Of a stretch of DNA of 64,000 nucleotides, positions 24,990 to 38,861 are shown in pieces. This DNA comes from Octopus bimaculoides (lineage: Eukaryota): assembly GCF_001194135.2 (NCBI RefSeq), contig NC_068994.1, positions 21,326,807 through 21,390,806 of the forward strand. Reading direction: 5' to 3'. A program made the translations under genes and the position numbers. Position 1 is the first letter of the stretch, and each line of letters opens with the position of its first letter. The notes under the pieces are model-generated. The model saw only the letters and a program-made list of their open reading frames with translations. It was not told the origin of the DNA and made no database searches.

Positions 24990-26530
24990 TGATGATGATG
25001 ATGATGATATATAGATATATATATATATAGATAGATAGATACACACACAAACTGTTATTTTTTTGTTCTTAGTTCTGTTTTTCCATTCTAAGATAGGTTA
25101 GACAAATATATTTTTGAGACATTCTTTTACATCAAGATGCTCTTCTTGTTGCTAACACTTGTTTTTCAAGTAGAGGGTCTCTTATTCCACGTGTCTTAGA
25201 AGGTACAAAACCAGTGGATTATTTTTTTGGCAGGAGAAAAAAGACTTCATCACTTGCAGTTCAGTGATGCCTGGAGAAGTGCAAATGCAAGCAAACATAT
25301 ACATATCCATATAAGATTTATATATATTTTAAAGGGCTTTCGGTTTCTGTCTATGAAATACACTTAGTTCAAGTCATATGGTTGCAAAGCGAACTTTTTA
25401 ACCAAAGAGCTCTGCCTTCATCCAATTATCATTTTTACATCCTATTTATCCCTGCTAGCATGGAAAAGCCTTCTTGTTATTTTAAGCAAAGTATTTTAAT
25501 TTCACATCTTTGCATGCTGAACAATCATAAGAAAATTAACATGTGTGCAGGTTCTGAGGTGCCCCTGTGAAACCAAGTGGAAACAACCAAACACTCATGC
25601 ACACATCGCCCTTATATACAAGTATTTCTTGTTAATCCAGGGCATCATAATGTTTTGGGAGATCATAAAATGTTTTCCATCTGACTATATAGGTCGAGAA
25701 CAGTGAGGAAGTACTAAAGTGTTCACTTAAGTGTGCTAAAATTGCATGTAAGACCAATAGTTGATGATACAAGTTTTCCCTCTCCACATAGTCAGTTTTG
25801 TAAAGTATGGGTAAGGCCAATACAGCCTGGTACAATTATTACAGTTGGTAATGTTCATCGGTCATAGGGAGACAAAACGACAATCAGTAGTAGATCGAAC
25901 TGACTCTAACATTCTGATATATNNNNNNNNNNNNNNNNNNNNNNNNNNNNNNNNNNNNNNNNNNNNNNNNNNNNNNNNNNNNNNNNNNNNNNNNNNNNNN
26001 NNNNNATATATATATATATATATATATACATATGCAAGTATGTTAGTGAGTGAGTAAACTACATACTTGAGAAAATTTTGGGAAATTTTAGAAAGTGAAT
26101 AACTTTGTTGCTGAGATATAAGTATTGATGCAAACCTGCTGAAGGTGACAATGTAAGAATGAACTAAATTGGATCTGGCATATTTTGATAGGTTTCTTGT
26201 AAAAATAATTGCTTAATTTTAATTTCTTCTATTGACGGCTCTGGTTAGTCTCAAACAAATGTATTTATTTATAAACAATATTATATATGTAAATTATATT
26301 CTATTGCAGCTTTGGTTGCTCTAGGGCTGTTATAAAAGAACTTGCCAAATACATGTGCAACACAGTAATTGAACCTAAAAGCATCTAGTTGCAAAGTGAA
26401 TATTTTAACCAAAAAACTGTGCCTGCATCTAAACATTCTTACAACTTATTTATTTCTGCTGGAATGGTAGAGTTTTCTTCTTAATATAATATGTACATAC
26501 CCACACCGACACACATACCCACACACCCAC

Positions 26531-26561
<31 letters not shown>

Positions 26562-26750
26562 CATACATATTACACACATATACTAAATGAAATTTATTCA
26601 TTATATACTTATATATATAAATATACATATAAATACAAATATATGTGGTGAACACATTTTTTTAGAAATGATATATTAAAAACATAGCCTCCTTTAAATT
26701 TCATGAGGTCATTNNNNNNNNNNNNNNNNNNNNNNNNNNNNNNNNNNNNN

Positions 26751-26794
<44 letters not shown>

Positions 26795-27040
26795 AGAGAG
26801 AGATAGGAGGAGGGAGAGTGAGATACACAAACACTTACACACATGCAGAGAAATAGAAATATGTAGGGAAAAATATACTACCTTGAAAAAGAATTTTTAT
26901 GACCTAATGCAAGCATTGTGATCCCTTCTAGATGTGTGCAAAATTTTGTAATTATGTATCTGTTATATACAATATATTACATACATATATATATAATGTA
27001 CATATAATATATATATATGTAATGTACATATTGTATATGA

Positions 27041-27082
<42 letters not shown>

Positions 27083-27419
27083 NNNNNNNNNNNNNNNNNN
27101 NNNNNNNNNNNNNNNNNNNNNNNNNNNNNNNNNNNNNNNNNNNNNNNNNNNNNNNNNNNNNNNNNNNNNNNNNNNNNNNNNNNNNNNNNNNNNNNNNNNN
27201 NNNNNNNNNNNNNNNNNNNNNNNNNNNNNNNNNNNNNNNNNNNNNNNNNNNNNNNNNNNNNNNNNNNNNNNNNNNNNNNNNNATATATATATATATATAT
27301 ATATATACTTTATATGTATGTATATATGCATACATATATATTTATATCTATATACAATACACACATATGTTTTATTAGTTTCAGCTCACAACTGTGGCCA
27401 TGCTGTCACACCACTGGTT

Positions 27420-28260
27420 TGGTACATTGTTATTATTGAGAGCCTCTGATATGTGACATTTGGTGAAGAAGGGAGTTCAAATTCACTACCCTCATTTGAA
27501 TCTCCTCCCATGAGGTAGGTTCATCTGGCACTCTTGACAGGAGGAGATCCAGTTTTGATTTGGAAACACCTACATCCAATTTGTGTAGGTCTTTGAGGCT
27601 CTTTGGGAGAATATTAAAAAGCTGTAGGCCCCTGAAACCCAGGAATTTGCTGCAACTGGTCCCAAAGTGTGATGGCATTGCTGGCATCTTTAGCACTGTG
27701 CAGTGGTGACCCATTGTGGCATTTGTGTACCTTTTAATGCCAAAATTTGGCACAACCCCTTCCAGGATCTTCCAGACATACATTACTGCATATCATCTTT
27801 CTCACCTTTGCTCCAGTACGTAGAGAGTTAGCTGTTTCAGCCTATCCCAGTAGCTGAGCTATTACAATGAGACAATTGTCTTTGCAAAGCATTACTGGAT
27901 TTTTTTACGGTCCACTGTTTATTTTACACTGTTGGGTGACTATAACTGGGAGCAGTAGTCCTGGTAGCTGAAGATGAATGTCCTCCAAAGGACCATCATG
28001 GTGTCCTTCTCTCTGGTTCTGAGGGTTCTCAGGATCCATCAAGCCCGCTGTCTGAACTTCGTCGCCATCCCGGGCATGTGCACTTGGAAAAAAGTATCCT
28101 CACATGTCAATACCCAGGTCCTGTACAGATTTAGACTCTGGAATTCTTATGTACCATGTGTCAGCGTACCCTGTAACCTTTATATTCAGTTTTGACCACT
28201 GGTAGCGCAGGGCTTCGAACTTTTCAGCATTAAACTAAATATTTTTGTCTTCAGCCCATA
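27420..28260 (-). mobile_element. CR1-clade LINE 3' fragment
   Basis: MYVWKILEGVVPNF...QLFNILPKSLKDL...KLDLLLSRVPDEP is the typical CR1 RT C-terminus; upstream WILRTLRTREKDTMMVLWRTF. Confidence 0.85.
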
Positions 28261-28345
28261 TAAACACACAGTATATATATATATCAATATACAGATAGAT
28301 AGTATATACATTTATATATGTATAGATATATATATATATATATAT

Positions 28346-28387
<42 letters not shown>

Positions 28388-28430
28388 AATAATAAGATAC
28401 TCAGATATCTGGGTGGTTGTACATTTACAG

Positions 28431-28475
<45 letters not shown>

Positions 28476-28737
28476 TGTATATATATTACAATTGTGTAAT
28501 TGTATAAGAAGACAGTCTAGGGGAGTATTATTGTTTGTTGCTTTGAAGGGTAAATTTTTGGTGGGGCTTTGTAACTCTGAAAATCAGCATGTGAATGGAC
28601 CAATCATTAGCAATAAGCATGACATCAACATCAACACCACAACCATCACCAGCATCATTGTAATTATCATCATTAGCATGAACTAGCGAAAGACAGACAA
28701 GCCAGTTGAACAATATATTGTTTGTACAGTTTTTGCC

Positions 28738-28769
28738 TTTAATTTAACAACAAAATTGTAATAATAAAA
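28738..28769 (-). terminator. Candidate distal poly(A) module (CPE plus AUUAAA)
   Basis: Minus strand reads UUUUAU (28764-28769) ... AUUAAA (28738-28743), then CA about 20 nt later and a GU/U-rich tract (ttgttcaactggcttgtctgtctttc). The U-rich character ends here. Confidence 0.35.
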
Positions 28770-31700
28770 AAAAGGGACAAATCAGTACTTGAATAAATAA
28801 GTTAATTAAAAAGATGAATAAAAAAATAAACTAAAGATAAAGGGAAAGAAAATAGAATTTGGGGGTATTTCAAGGGTATCAACTGATGCAATTTTTTTAA
28901 TTTATAAACTTTTTTTCACAAGTTTTTAGAAAAATTATAGTTTAAAAGTTAAAAATTTTTTTTATAAATTAAATATTTATTATTCCAAATTATATTTTTA
29001 TGGTCTCTTTCCAAGTATAAATTAGAACTGAATGAATAAATTAGCAAAAAACATTGCAAAAAAATAATATATACGAGAAAAATGAAAGGAAAAATAATTG
29101 TATTTGTTTGTGTGTGTGTATGCATGCATGTGCATTTCTCTCATGTGTTATCCTTTGTCAATGTTATGTTTTATCTTTATATAAAATAGCTATTTGGCAA
29201 AATAAAATTGAAAAAAAAAATCAAATAAAAACAAACAAAAAATATAAACAAAAACTATAAAATGCAATATGACTGTCAAAAACATTGAGAGGGTTGGTTC
29301 TTCTAGGGGAGGTGCAGGGTCTAGTAAATATCTCACACAATAAAATAACATTAAAAAAAATTATACATGAACAACTAATTTCATAATGACATAGAATAAC
29401 TAGAAATCTGAGAAATACAGAAATATTTCAAAAAAAAAAAAAAACTATAATGTAGTTTTAAATATTTTTTTTAAGGTGTTGGTATTCAAATCCCATTTAG
29501 TTATAAAAAGAAGAAGAAAAAAAACGTTACAGAAGCTCAAGTAAAAAAGTGAATTGTCCGAATGCTGGTTTACACAGAATTTTTTTTTTAAATCACAAAA
29601 CGAAATTCATTAAAAATGGAAAGAACAAGAAGGTGTGTGAGGTTCAGGAAATAAAACACAAATGGACTAATTAAAAACTGTCATATCTTTTGATTAGGCA
29701 AGAAGTCAAATTTTGTAATGAAAAGTAAATAGAAAACAGTATTTTACTGNNNNNNNNNNNNNNNNNNNNNNNNNNNNNNNNNNNNNNNNNNNNNNNNNNN
29801 NNNNNNNNNNNNNNNNNNNNNNNNNNNNNNNNNNNNNNNNNNNNNNNNNNNNNNNNNNNNNNNNNNNNNNNNNNNNNNNNNNNNNNNNNNNNNNNNNNNN
29901 NNNNNNNNNNNNNNNNNNNNNNNNNNNNNNNNNNNNNNNNNNNNNNNNNNNNNNNNNNNNNNNNNNNNNNNNNNNNNNNNNNNNNNNNNNNNNNNNNNNN
30001 NNNNNNNNNNNNNNNNNNNNNNNNNNNNNNNNNNNNNNNNNNNNNNNNNNNNNNNNNNNNNNNNNNNNNNNNNNNNNNNNNNNNNNNNNNNNNNNNNNNN
30101 NNNNNNNNNNNNNNNNNNNNNNNNNNNNNNNNNNNNNNNNNNNNNNNNNNATAACAATAGCTGTATATTGCCCATGTTCTTCTGGCGTTCACCTTTCACT
30201 GCTTCATGAGTTAAGTTCCTGCCAGTTACAAAATTTAATTATATAAGTATTTGAAAAATACAAATTTGACAAAGAAACCACAGAGTCTTGTTTATCATTA
30301 TAATAAAAATAATGATAAAGTATAAAGCAACAAAGAATTTTATGGTTCCTTTATATTGATAACTACTATATTCAAAAACATTAATGAAAATGGATTTGAA
30401 ACAAATCAGAATAAACTTACACACCAATTGAAAACAAACTATTACTGTGAACTGAGAGGACAGAATTGAAGGACAAAAATTAAAAAAAAAAAAAAAAAAG
30501 ATTTTCAAAGGACTAAGAATCAAAAGATTTTCTTTAATATAGAGATCAAAAATAAAGTTTATTTTAAGAACCTATATTAAAGGGAAGGAGTGAAGTCAAA
30601 AGACATGCCATCAAACAATACAAAATCTGGAGGTAGTTTCTACAGAATCAAACCAAAAGAGTTGAAGAAGGAAATGACAATTGTATATGCAGGACAATTA
30701 AATGAATGAGAAAGAAAGAGAAATGTTAACTCTCTGGTAACTGTTTAGTGAGGGAGAAGGTGGCATAAATAAATAATACAGCAAAGTTATGCATTAACAA
30801 GTTGCAGAAAACGCTTGTATGTATATAATTGTGCATGTACAATATAGAAGGGTTAAGCAGAAACGGTGCAAACATCTTGATCAAATAGTTGAGCATTTTT
30901 ATATCACTGCTACTGCTTAATTTGCTTTTTTACTTAAAGATACTGAGCCTTTCCAGCTAATGTCCCTCTAAGTGCAAATAAAGCATTCAGAGAAGTAGTA
31001 AATATTTCTAAGTGGTTTTTTTAAATGATTGTGAATAACTCTGATTTCATAACAGAAATGTCTGAGAGAAAAAAATCTGTCCTTAAGTCTATTGTAGGCA
31101 GACAATATGAAATTAAGTAAATTGTGTAGATATTTTTATTTGCCCAACAAAACAGAGTAGATTTAAACATATCATCCTGGCATTTTCATTTCTACTAAGC
31201 AATGAGGAATGGCTGACAAGCAGAATGAAATTAACTGACTAATGTGGAATACATTGTTTATAATGATATAATAACAAGCTGCCATGTTTAGCCAAGAACA
31301 GCAGCTGTACCAAAAACAGAAATGGAGTATGATTTCCAACTACCAAAGAAATCAGGGTATTGGGTTCTATGATTCTGTCAAGTTACAGTTTTAACACTAC
31401 CCTCTCACTTTCAAAAAAAAAAGATCATAGACTGAAGGAAAGTCAAAATGACAGACATCTGTTACACATTCCTACATGTATGCATACATATAGATATAGT
31501 TATACATAATTGCAGAAGCCATCCAGTCACACTTCATGTATAACAATGAAAATGATCAGTTATCAACGGAGAGAAAGAGGGAATGAAATACTGAAATGTT
31601 TTCCATAGTTGTTATCAACCAAAAAGGGTGAAATCAATAAAGCATCTAAAGACTTGCCAAATTGTCACCTGACTTGAAAAATAGCCAAAATAATGTTCCA

Positions 31701-32089
31701 AAGACAAGAAGTATTCTTGATTAACAACAGTCCTAATGTTCTAGAATAACATAGCTTAGAAGTAATCAATACTTTGCAGTAAAAAATACACATCAAAACT
31801 CACAAATGTTTAGAAACAACAAAACAAAATCACTATGTATCTTATGAATTATACAATTCAAAACATATACTAAGTAAGCATGCCCTGACTAGAGTAGTTG
31901 TTAGGATGATGGATTCTTCATTGAAGCATTGGGTTATGAACAGTTGGAGGTGTGGTATTCATGTCTTGCCAAAGAACATTACAACATTAAATGATGTTGC
32001 TCCAACTGAAAATTGAAACTAAAGTGCCTATTTCATATGCAAAAAACTCATTGACATATGCCAAATAAAATAGATATAATAAATATAAT

Positions 32090-32400
32090 CTCTATCTTTA
32101 TATACTACTGGTACTTCTATTGACTCCAGGTAAATGAAAAGCAAAAGTCAACCATGACAGAATTTCAACTCAGAAAGTTCCAAGTAAATACTGCAAAGCT
32201 TTTTGTTCAGCCTGTTATAACTTCCGCAGTTCCACAGACATAACAACATTTTCTTACTTTGGAACAAGACCACAATTTCGAGGTGAGGTGATGTAATCAA
32301 CCAGTATTTGAATGTTCTTGTTTTTTTGTCCCTAGAAGGATGAAAGATAAAGTTGACTCTAGATCTGACCAATGTTCTGCTAATTTTGCCATCTATTAGA
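32090..32400 (-). mobile_element. Two diverged SINE copies (minus orientation)
   Basis: actggtacttctattgactccaggtaaatgaaaagcaaaagtcaaccatgacagaatttcaactcag and ggatgaaagataaagttgactc. Confidence 0.6.
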
Positions 32401-32579
32401 CTTCCTCATAATAATGATTTATTATATAAGCCTGAAACAAAGGAGGGGAATACATAATGGCTTTAAGGTCATTTGCAAAGTTCTTAATGTTGTTTCAACT
32501 GAAAGCAAATTCAATTAGGCAAGACCTTTCTATGGTAATTTAATCAAACATTACTCATGGTAATTATCATTTATAACTG

Positions 32580-32770
32580 GATTAACAGAATTGGTAGTGT
32601 AATGGACAAAATATCTTGTACAATTTAGTTGGGTCCTTTTATGATCTGGTTCAAACTGTGCCAAAGTCAACTCTTTTTTTTTTTTCACTCATTCAGGCTT
32701 GATGAAATTAATAAGTCAAGCTCTGATATTGTTCCCTCTAGTGTCTGGCCTTCTGCATTAGAAATTATAA
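32580..32770 (+). mobile_element. Diverged SINE copy (plus orientation)
   Basis: acagaattggtag...tggttcaaactgtgccaaagtcaactc...ggcc...attataattatt tail; reverse complement of the family above. Confidence 0.5.
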
Positions 32771-35637
32771 TTATTAGGAGAATATTTTGAGGAAGTAGAC
32801 AGAGTCGGATTTGAAGTTTTACAGTATGCAAAGGTTAGTTTCTCATTGCTCTGTGTTCTAATCCCACTAGGGATGATTCTGTCTTTCACCATTAAAAGGA
32901 GTATAGTACCAGAAATACATTATAGCATACAACAAGAATTCATGTAGTCAAACTAATATTTTTGTAAAATAATATCTTTGGCCTGCCTGAGGTCTTAAAG
33001 ATATATATCCTAAGAATATTAGCAATGTAAGTGAAGCAGAAAATTCAATAAAAGTCATTAAGATAAATTTTCTATATAAATAGTTTAAAACGGTAAGAAA
33101 TCTTTACAAACAATACTAATTAAATGACAAAATGAAATGGCGTTCAAATGTAAACTAGGGAAAATTTAATGTTCTAGCCATAAATTAAACACTTGTATCC
33201 TACAATATGACCCACAGCATGTATTAAACTATTTAATATTTTCAAATGTAAAATTTTAAACATATGTCATAACACACAATTCTGCAACCAAAGCAGCAAA
33301 ATAAGTTTTTGTTTCAGTCAAACCTTTCCTTGTTCTAATGTCTCAATCACCACCAAAATGTGCTTAACCAAATGATACTCAAGAGATACTGACAAATTGA
33401 AATAAGCTGTTATGATTGAAAATACTGTTAAGGGATGAAAATTAAACTCACTATTCATTCAACTCTCAAAGTTTCTGATAATTGTTAAGAAATTTTGGGA
33501 ATATAATAAAATATAATAGTCTTGAACAGCTTAGAGACTTCAAAAAGATAGATGCTTTGCAGTTTTAGAGGCACACACACACACATACACTAAAATAATG
33601 TAACTGGTGTCTAGTAGGAAATCTAATTTTTTTTTTGTAAAGAATGCTTTAAGCTTTTTGTGGAAATTTTAGTTTTTGTATTTCCATTAAGAATAATGAA
33701 TGTTCTTTCTCACTCTCATAAGTTAGTAAAGAGAAAAAAGGAGATATAATAGCAATTCTTAAATTACTTGCAAAACCTAGTGGCTCATAAAATTGGTATT
33801 AGCTATGAAGTAGATAAGAAAAATGTTTTATCAGGAAAGGGCGCTAGTCCATCACAGGTAATTTTTCCAGGGGGCCTGATAATATCTATTTTCCAGTAAG
33901 TAAAATTAATGTGAAATTAAACATGTTTTGTCTAGTAACAACGAAATGTAGGATATTTATCAACTCTTATTATTTATGTCTATCAAAATAATAATTATTT
34001 TGCATCTATCTAAATAAAACTAATGACCATACACAGCACTTAAGTTTCACAGAGAATTGGGATTAAATTTTGCTTTATCAGTTAACATCAATTAATATTT
34101 CAAAACAAAGAAAATATAAGATATAAAAACCTGGCAAAAATTTCCATTCTCAGCTTTGTGGACTATGAAATATAAATTGCTTTTTTCTCAAGATATACAA
34201 AATGTTAAGTGTCTGTTTGTATGCCAAAAATGTGTGGTACATGCCTGGCCTGTGTCACATCACAGGACAAAACTTAAATTAGGGAAAGCAAGAAATTGCA
34301 GAAAGTTAAAATTCAAAATTAAAACTCCCCAGCAAAACGCTAGAATCCTCTCAGGACAATTTGGAGGTTTAAATAAGGAAAGGAAAGTGTGTCATATAAA
34401 TAACAAAAATCAAATTATTCCATAAAAAAATAGATTATCTATAAGGTTATCAACAACAACAAAACAACAACAGCAACAACAACATCACCACCAATATACT
34501 TATGCGACAGAAGGGGCTTGTCCACAGCTTCCAGCAGTAGAGGAAAGAATGTAAAAACAATAAGCTATTCTTAAATCTATAATTTGTAGAATGAACCTAA
34601 CAGACAGGTAAAAAAGCTATGTAATTAATAATTGATGACAAAAGCTTGACGAAGAATAACCCAGCATAGTCTAATATCACAACAACATTGATTTTGTTGC
34701 TGAGTATATTTAAGATATCAACAATGTATTTATCTGTTCTGGCAACACATACCAAGGACTAGTGACAGTGTCAATTTAATATTAAGGATTTTAGAACTTT
34801 GCAGCATGTCTGCTTAAGCTGATACCTTAAAAAAAAATTAAGAATTAGGTTAGCCAGGATATTGTGTGAGACTAAAATGCTACTACTTATCATTGCATAT
34901 ACAACTTCTGATAATTCTAACTGCAGTCCACAAAAAAATGAATAAATAGCCACTTAGAACTAGACAATTGCAGAAACCACAAATTAATAAAATATTCAAG
35001 AACATTATGAAGTATCAATACATCAATTACTAATAAACAAAACTTTACCTTTTCATTTATTGAAATCCACTATCTATAAACATTTAAAAAGAAGATAGAG
35101 TGGTACCCCAGAAGAAATGTATCCAGAGTTTGTTATATAGTTTAATGCCTGTATCGAACTATGTTACCTAAGAGTACACAGAAAATGTGATATATTTTCA
35201 AATAAACAGGTGTACTTGGATACAGACACATATGCACTCACACATGCACACACAATATATAAGTTGCTTTATAGAAAAAAAAATCTAAGTTTAAACTTTT
35301 AATATGATTATCTGGCTGTGTATTAGGTCCACAGGCTTTCATAAATAACATCATGGTAATTAGCAAAAAAGTAGGATTAGGTAAGAAAATAAAAAGGAAA
35401 AATTTAAAAGGTGAGTGGTTGATTAACACTAATTAAAAAAGAAAGTAGCCTCACTGTCAAGAAATTAGTGATACATAATCTTGATAAAAACAATTTCTTG
35501 CTTTTTCTTTTCCAATATACCAACACCTGATTTTTTTTTTTTTTTTTCAGAAATATTACAGCAGTTCCTCCTCACAATCACTAAAACAACTCAATAAAAA
35601 ATCAATTACAAAACCAAACTATGTGTTTGTGCATGTA

Positions 35638-35693
<56 letters not shown>

Positions 35694-36297
35694 CATACAT
35701 ACATACACACACACACGCTTTCCATTTTTTTTTTGACTAGATTATAAGCGATGTAGCAAATTATTTAAGAAGGAGAAAGAAGAGGGCAGATAAACATTAA
35801 TGGTTTAAGTAGTTTCAGAGTATTGGATATCAACCTTTGCTTGACCTGCCCTCTTCAATTACATATCTGGTGCACATGTTTTAATACATATTGCACACTT
35901 AATTAGATCATCTCAACCCATTCTTTGAAGGTCCACTCCTTCATTATTGTTATGGAGATTACAAAAATAAATAAAATTTCCAAGGCAAAATAATAAGATA
36001 TTAAAAAAAATACACAAAATTTTTTTAAATCAAACAAAATGACACCCCACCCCCAGACAAACAAGCAACAAACATACAACCAGCAAAACAGTAATATTAA
36101 GGCTATGTGCCAAACACAGATTAGGTTAGGTAGAGATATGTGCATACACAATACACACACAAATATTATATATATATATATATATAGAGAGAGAGATAGA
36201 TAGATATATATATATGCTTGTGTGTGTGTAGACAATCATACACACAGACACACACATATATATATAAGCATAAATATATACTTACACGTATATGTAG

Positions 36298-36342
<45 letters not shown>

Positions 36343-36959
36343 CATACACACACACATATACATGTGTACACATATACATGTGTACACATATACATGTATA
36401 CACATGCACATATACAAGCACAAATACATACACATGGTGATTAATAAGACTCTTTAGCATTAATATAAACTGGCTAACAACTGAGGTCATTTGCACTTCT
36501 AAGATATTATATCTCTCATTCAGTATTACTCCCTCGCAACTCCGATCTCTTCACCACAGCCTTCACCAACTTTCCCATTACATTCATTAAATGCCTCCAG
36601 ATCCCAGTCCTACTTTGACTGTCACAGCTCAGGGATTCCAGGATAGCTTGTCTACTGCCCTGCCATTCATACTGCTAGCTGCCTGGAGCACCCCGGGCAA
36701 ATGTACTAGGTATGCCCAGACAAATGAACAGGATTATCGTTATTGTGACAGTTTCAAGACAAGGAATATTCTCTTATTGTTATATAATGATATTCTACTA
36801 AAATATACAAAACAATATATATATTTATCAAAAGATATTCACAACAAAAATAGGAAAGAGTGTATTAAAAATATATACAAAACAAAATTATAACAAAATA
36901 AAAAATAAAATTTTTAGATATCACTTAGATGCTAAAGGAAGTTCTAAATCACCCTTGTT

Positions 36960-37076
36960 TGTGTAAGCATGTGTGTGAGTGTATTTGTGCATGTATGTAC
37001 AAATATATGTATATATGTATGTGTGTAAGTATATGAATATATATACACACACACATACATATGCATATACACATTC

Positions 37077-37115
<39 letters not shown>

Positions 37116-37126
37116 CACACACATGT

Positions 37127-37212
<86 letters not shown>

Positions 37213-37420
37213 ATATGCATATATATGTATATACATATACACACACATATACATAATACGTATATACACACAAATATAAAATCATATACATAAATAGGCA
37301 TATATATACACACACATACAGATATATATGTGTGTATAATACAAACAATCATGTATATAATAAACATTATATGCACACTTGTTTTTGTGTATATGTGTGT
37401 GTGTGTGTGTGTGCGCACAG
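36960..37420. repeat. Compound (GT)n/(AT)n/(AC)n array containing an ~80-nt pure (AT)n run (37129-37209)
   Basis: Direct reading. Confidence 0.9.
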
Positions 37421-37889
37421 GTATATGTATGAGAATATAGATATATGAAGGAGAATTTTTGCAATAAGCGCTGATGAATATTGTGCAGTTATATCTGAGA
37501 AAGGGGTTTTTATGTGCATGTGAAGTTAAAAATTTGAATATCTATATAAATCCATATTAAAAAAGTCTTTAGGAAAAAAATATTTTCCAAATAGCCTAAA
37601 CATTATACAATAGACATTTAGCTGCTAGTTCTGCTGTTGTTGTTGTTGCTCTCAAGGATTTACTTTGCATTCACTAATAAAAAAACCTTTGTTAATAATT
37701 CTTTCTTGGTGTTCTCCATGAAATATATCTCTTGCAAATCTCCTATCCAGTCAAGTTATGCTCCACATCCCCAAGCTCCACCAGCTTGAAGTGTTGATCA
37801 CTGTTACATACAGCAACAGATAGAATTATCTTATCAACACAAGTCAGTGAGATCAATCAAATTGAAGATGAGAAACAGAAAGTAGAGAG

Positions 37890-37935
<46 letters not shown>

Positions 37936-38822
37936 NNNNNNNNNNNNNNNNNNNNNNNNNNNNNNNNNNNNNNNNNNNNNNNNNNNNNNNNNNNNNNNNN
38001 NNNNNNNNNNNNNNNNNNNNNNNNNNNNNNNNNNNNNNNNNNNNNNNNNNNNNNNNNNNNNNNNNNNNNNNNNNNNNNNNNNNNNNNNNNNNNNNNNNNN
38101 NNNNNNNNNNNNNNNNNNNNNNNNNNNNNNNNNNNNNNNNNNNNNNNNNNNNNNNNNNNNNNNNNNNNNNNNNNNNNNNNNNNNNNNNNNNNNNNNNNNN
38201 NNNNNNNNNNNNNNNNNNNNNNNNNNNNNNNNNNNNNNNNNNNNNNNNNNNNNNNNNNNNNNNNNNNNNNNNNNNNNNNNNNNNNNNNNNNNNNNNNNNN
38301 NNNNNNNNNNNNNNNNNNNNNNNNNNNNNNNNNNNNNNNNNNNNNNNNNNNNNNNNNNNNNNNNNNNNNNNNNNNNNNNNNNNNNNNNNNNNNNNNNNNN
38401 NNNNNNNNNNNNNNNNNNNNNNNNNNNNNNNNNNNNNNNNNNNNNNNNNNNNNNNNNNNNNNNNNNNNNNNNNNNNNNNNNNNNNNNNNNNNNNNNNNNN
38501 NNNNNNNNNNNNNNNNNNNNNNNNNNNNNNNNNNNNNNNNNNNNNNNNNNNNNNNNNNNNNNNNNNNNNNNNNNNNNNNNNNNNNNNNNNNNNNNNNNNN
38601 NNNNNNNNNNNNNNNNNNNNNNNNNNNNNNNNNNNNNNNNNNNNNNNNNNNNNNNNNNNNNNNNNNNNNNNNNNNNNNNNNTTTTCTCTTCTGTCTTCAA
38701 AAAAATATTTTAAGAAACAAAACAAAATGAAAACTATCTTGTCTTGTTCTTTATAAGGATTATTAGTGTTTTTTTTTTTTTTACATATCTTCCAATCTTC
38801 AGTGAAAATGGTTCTCGGTTTG

Positions 38823-38861
38823 TTTATTTAAAAAATAAAACAAATAAAAAATACAATAAAA
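38823..38861 (-). promoter_or_regulatory. Candidate CPE cluster plus AAUAAA poly(A) signal
   Basis: UUUUAU at 38856-38861, 38844-38849 and 38835-38840, directly 5' of AAUAAA at 38823-38828 on the minus strand. Confidence 0.4.
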
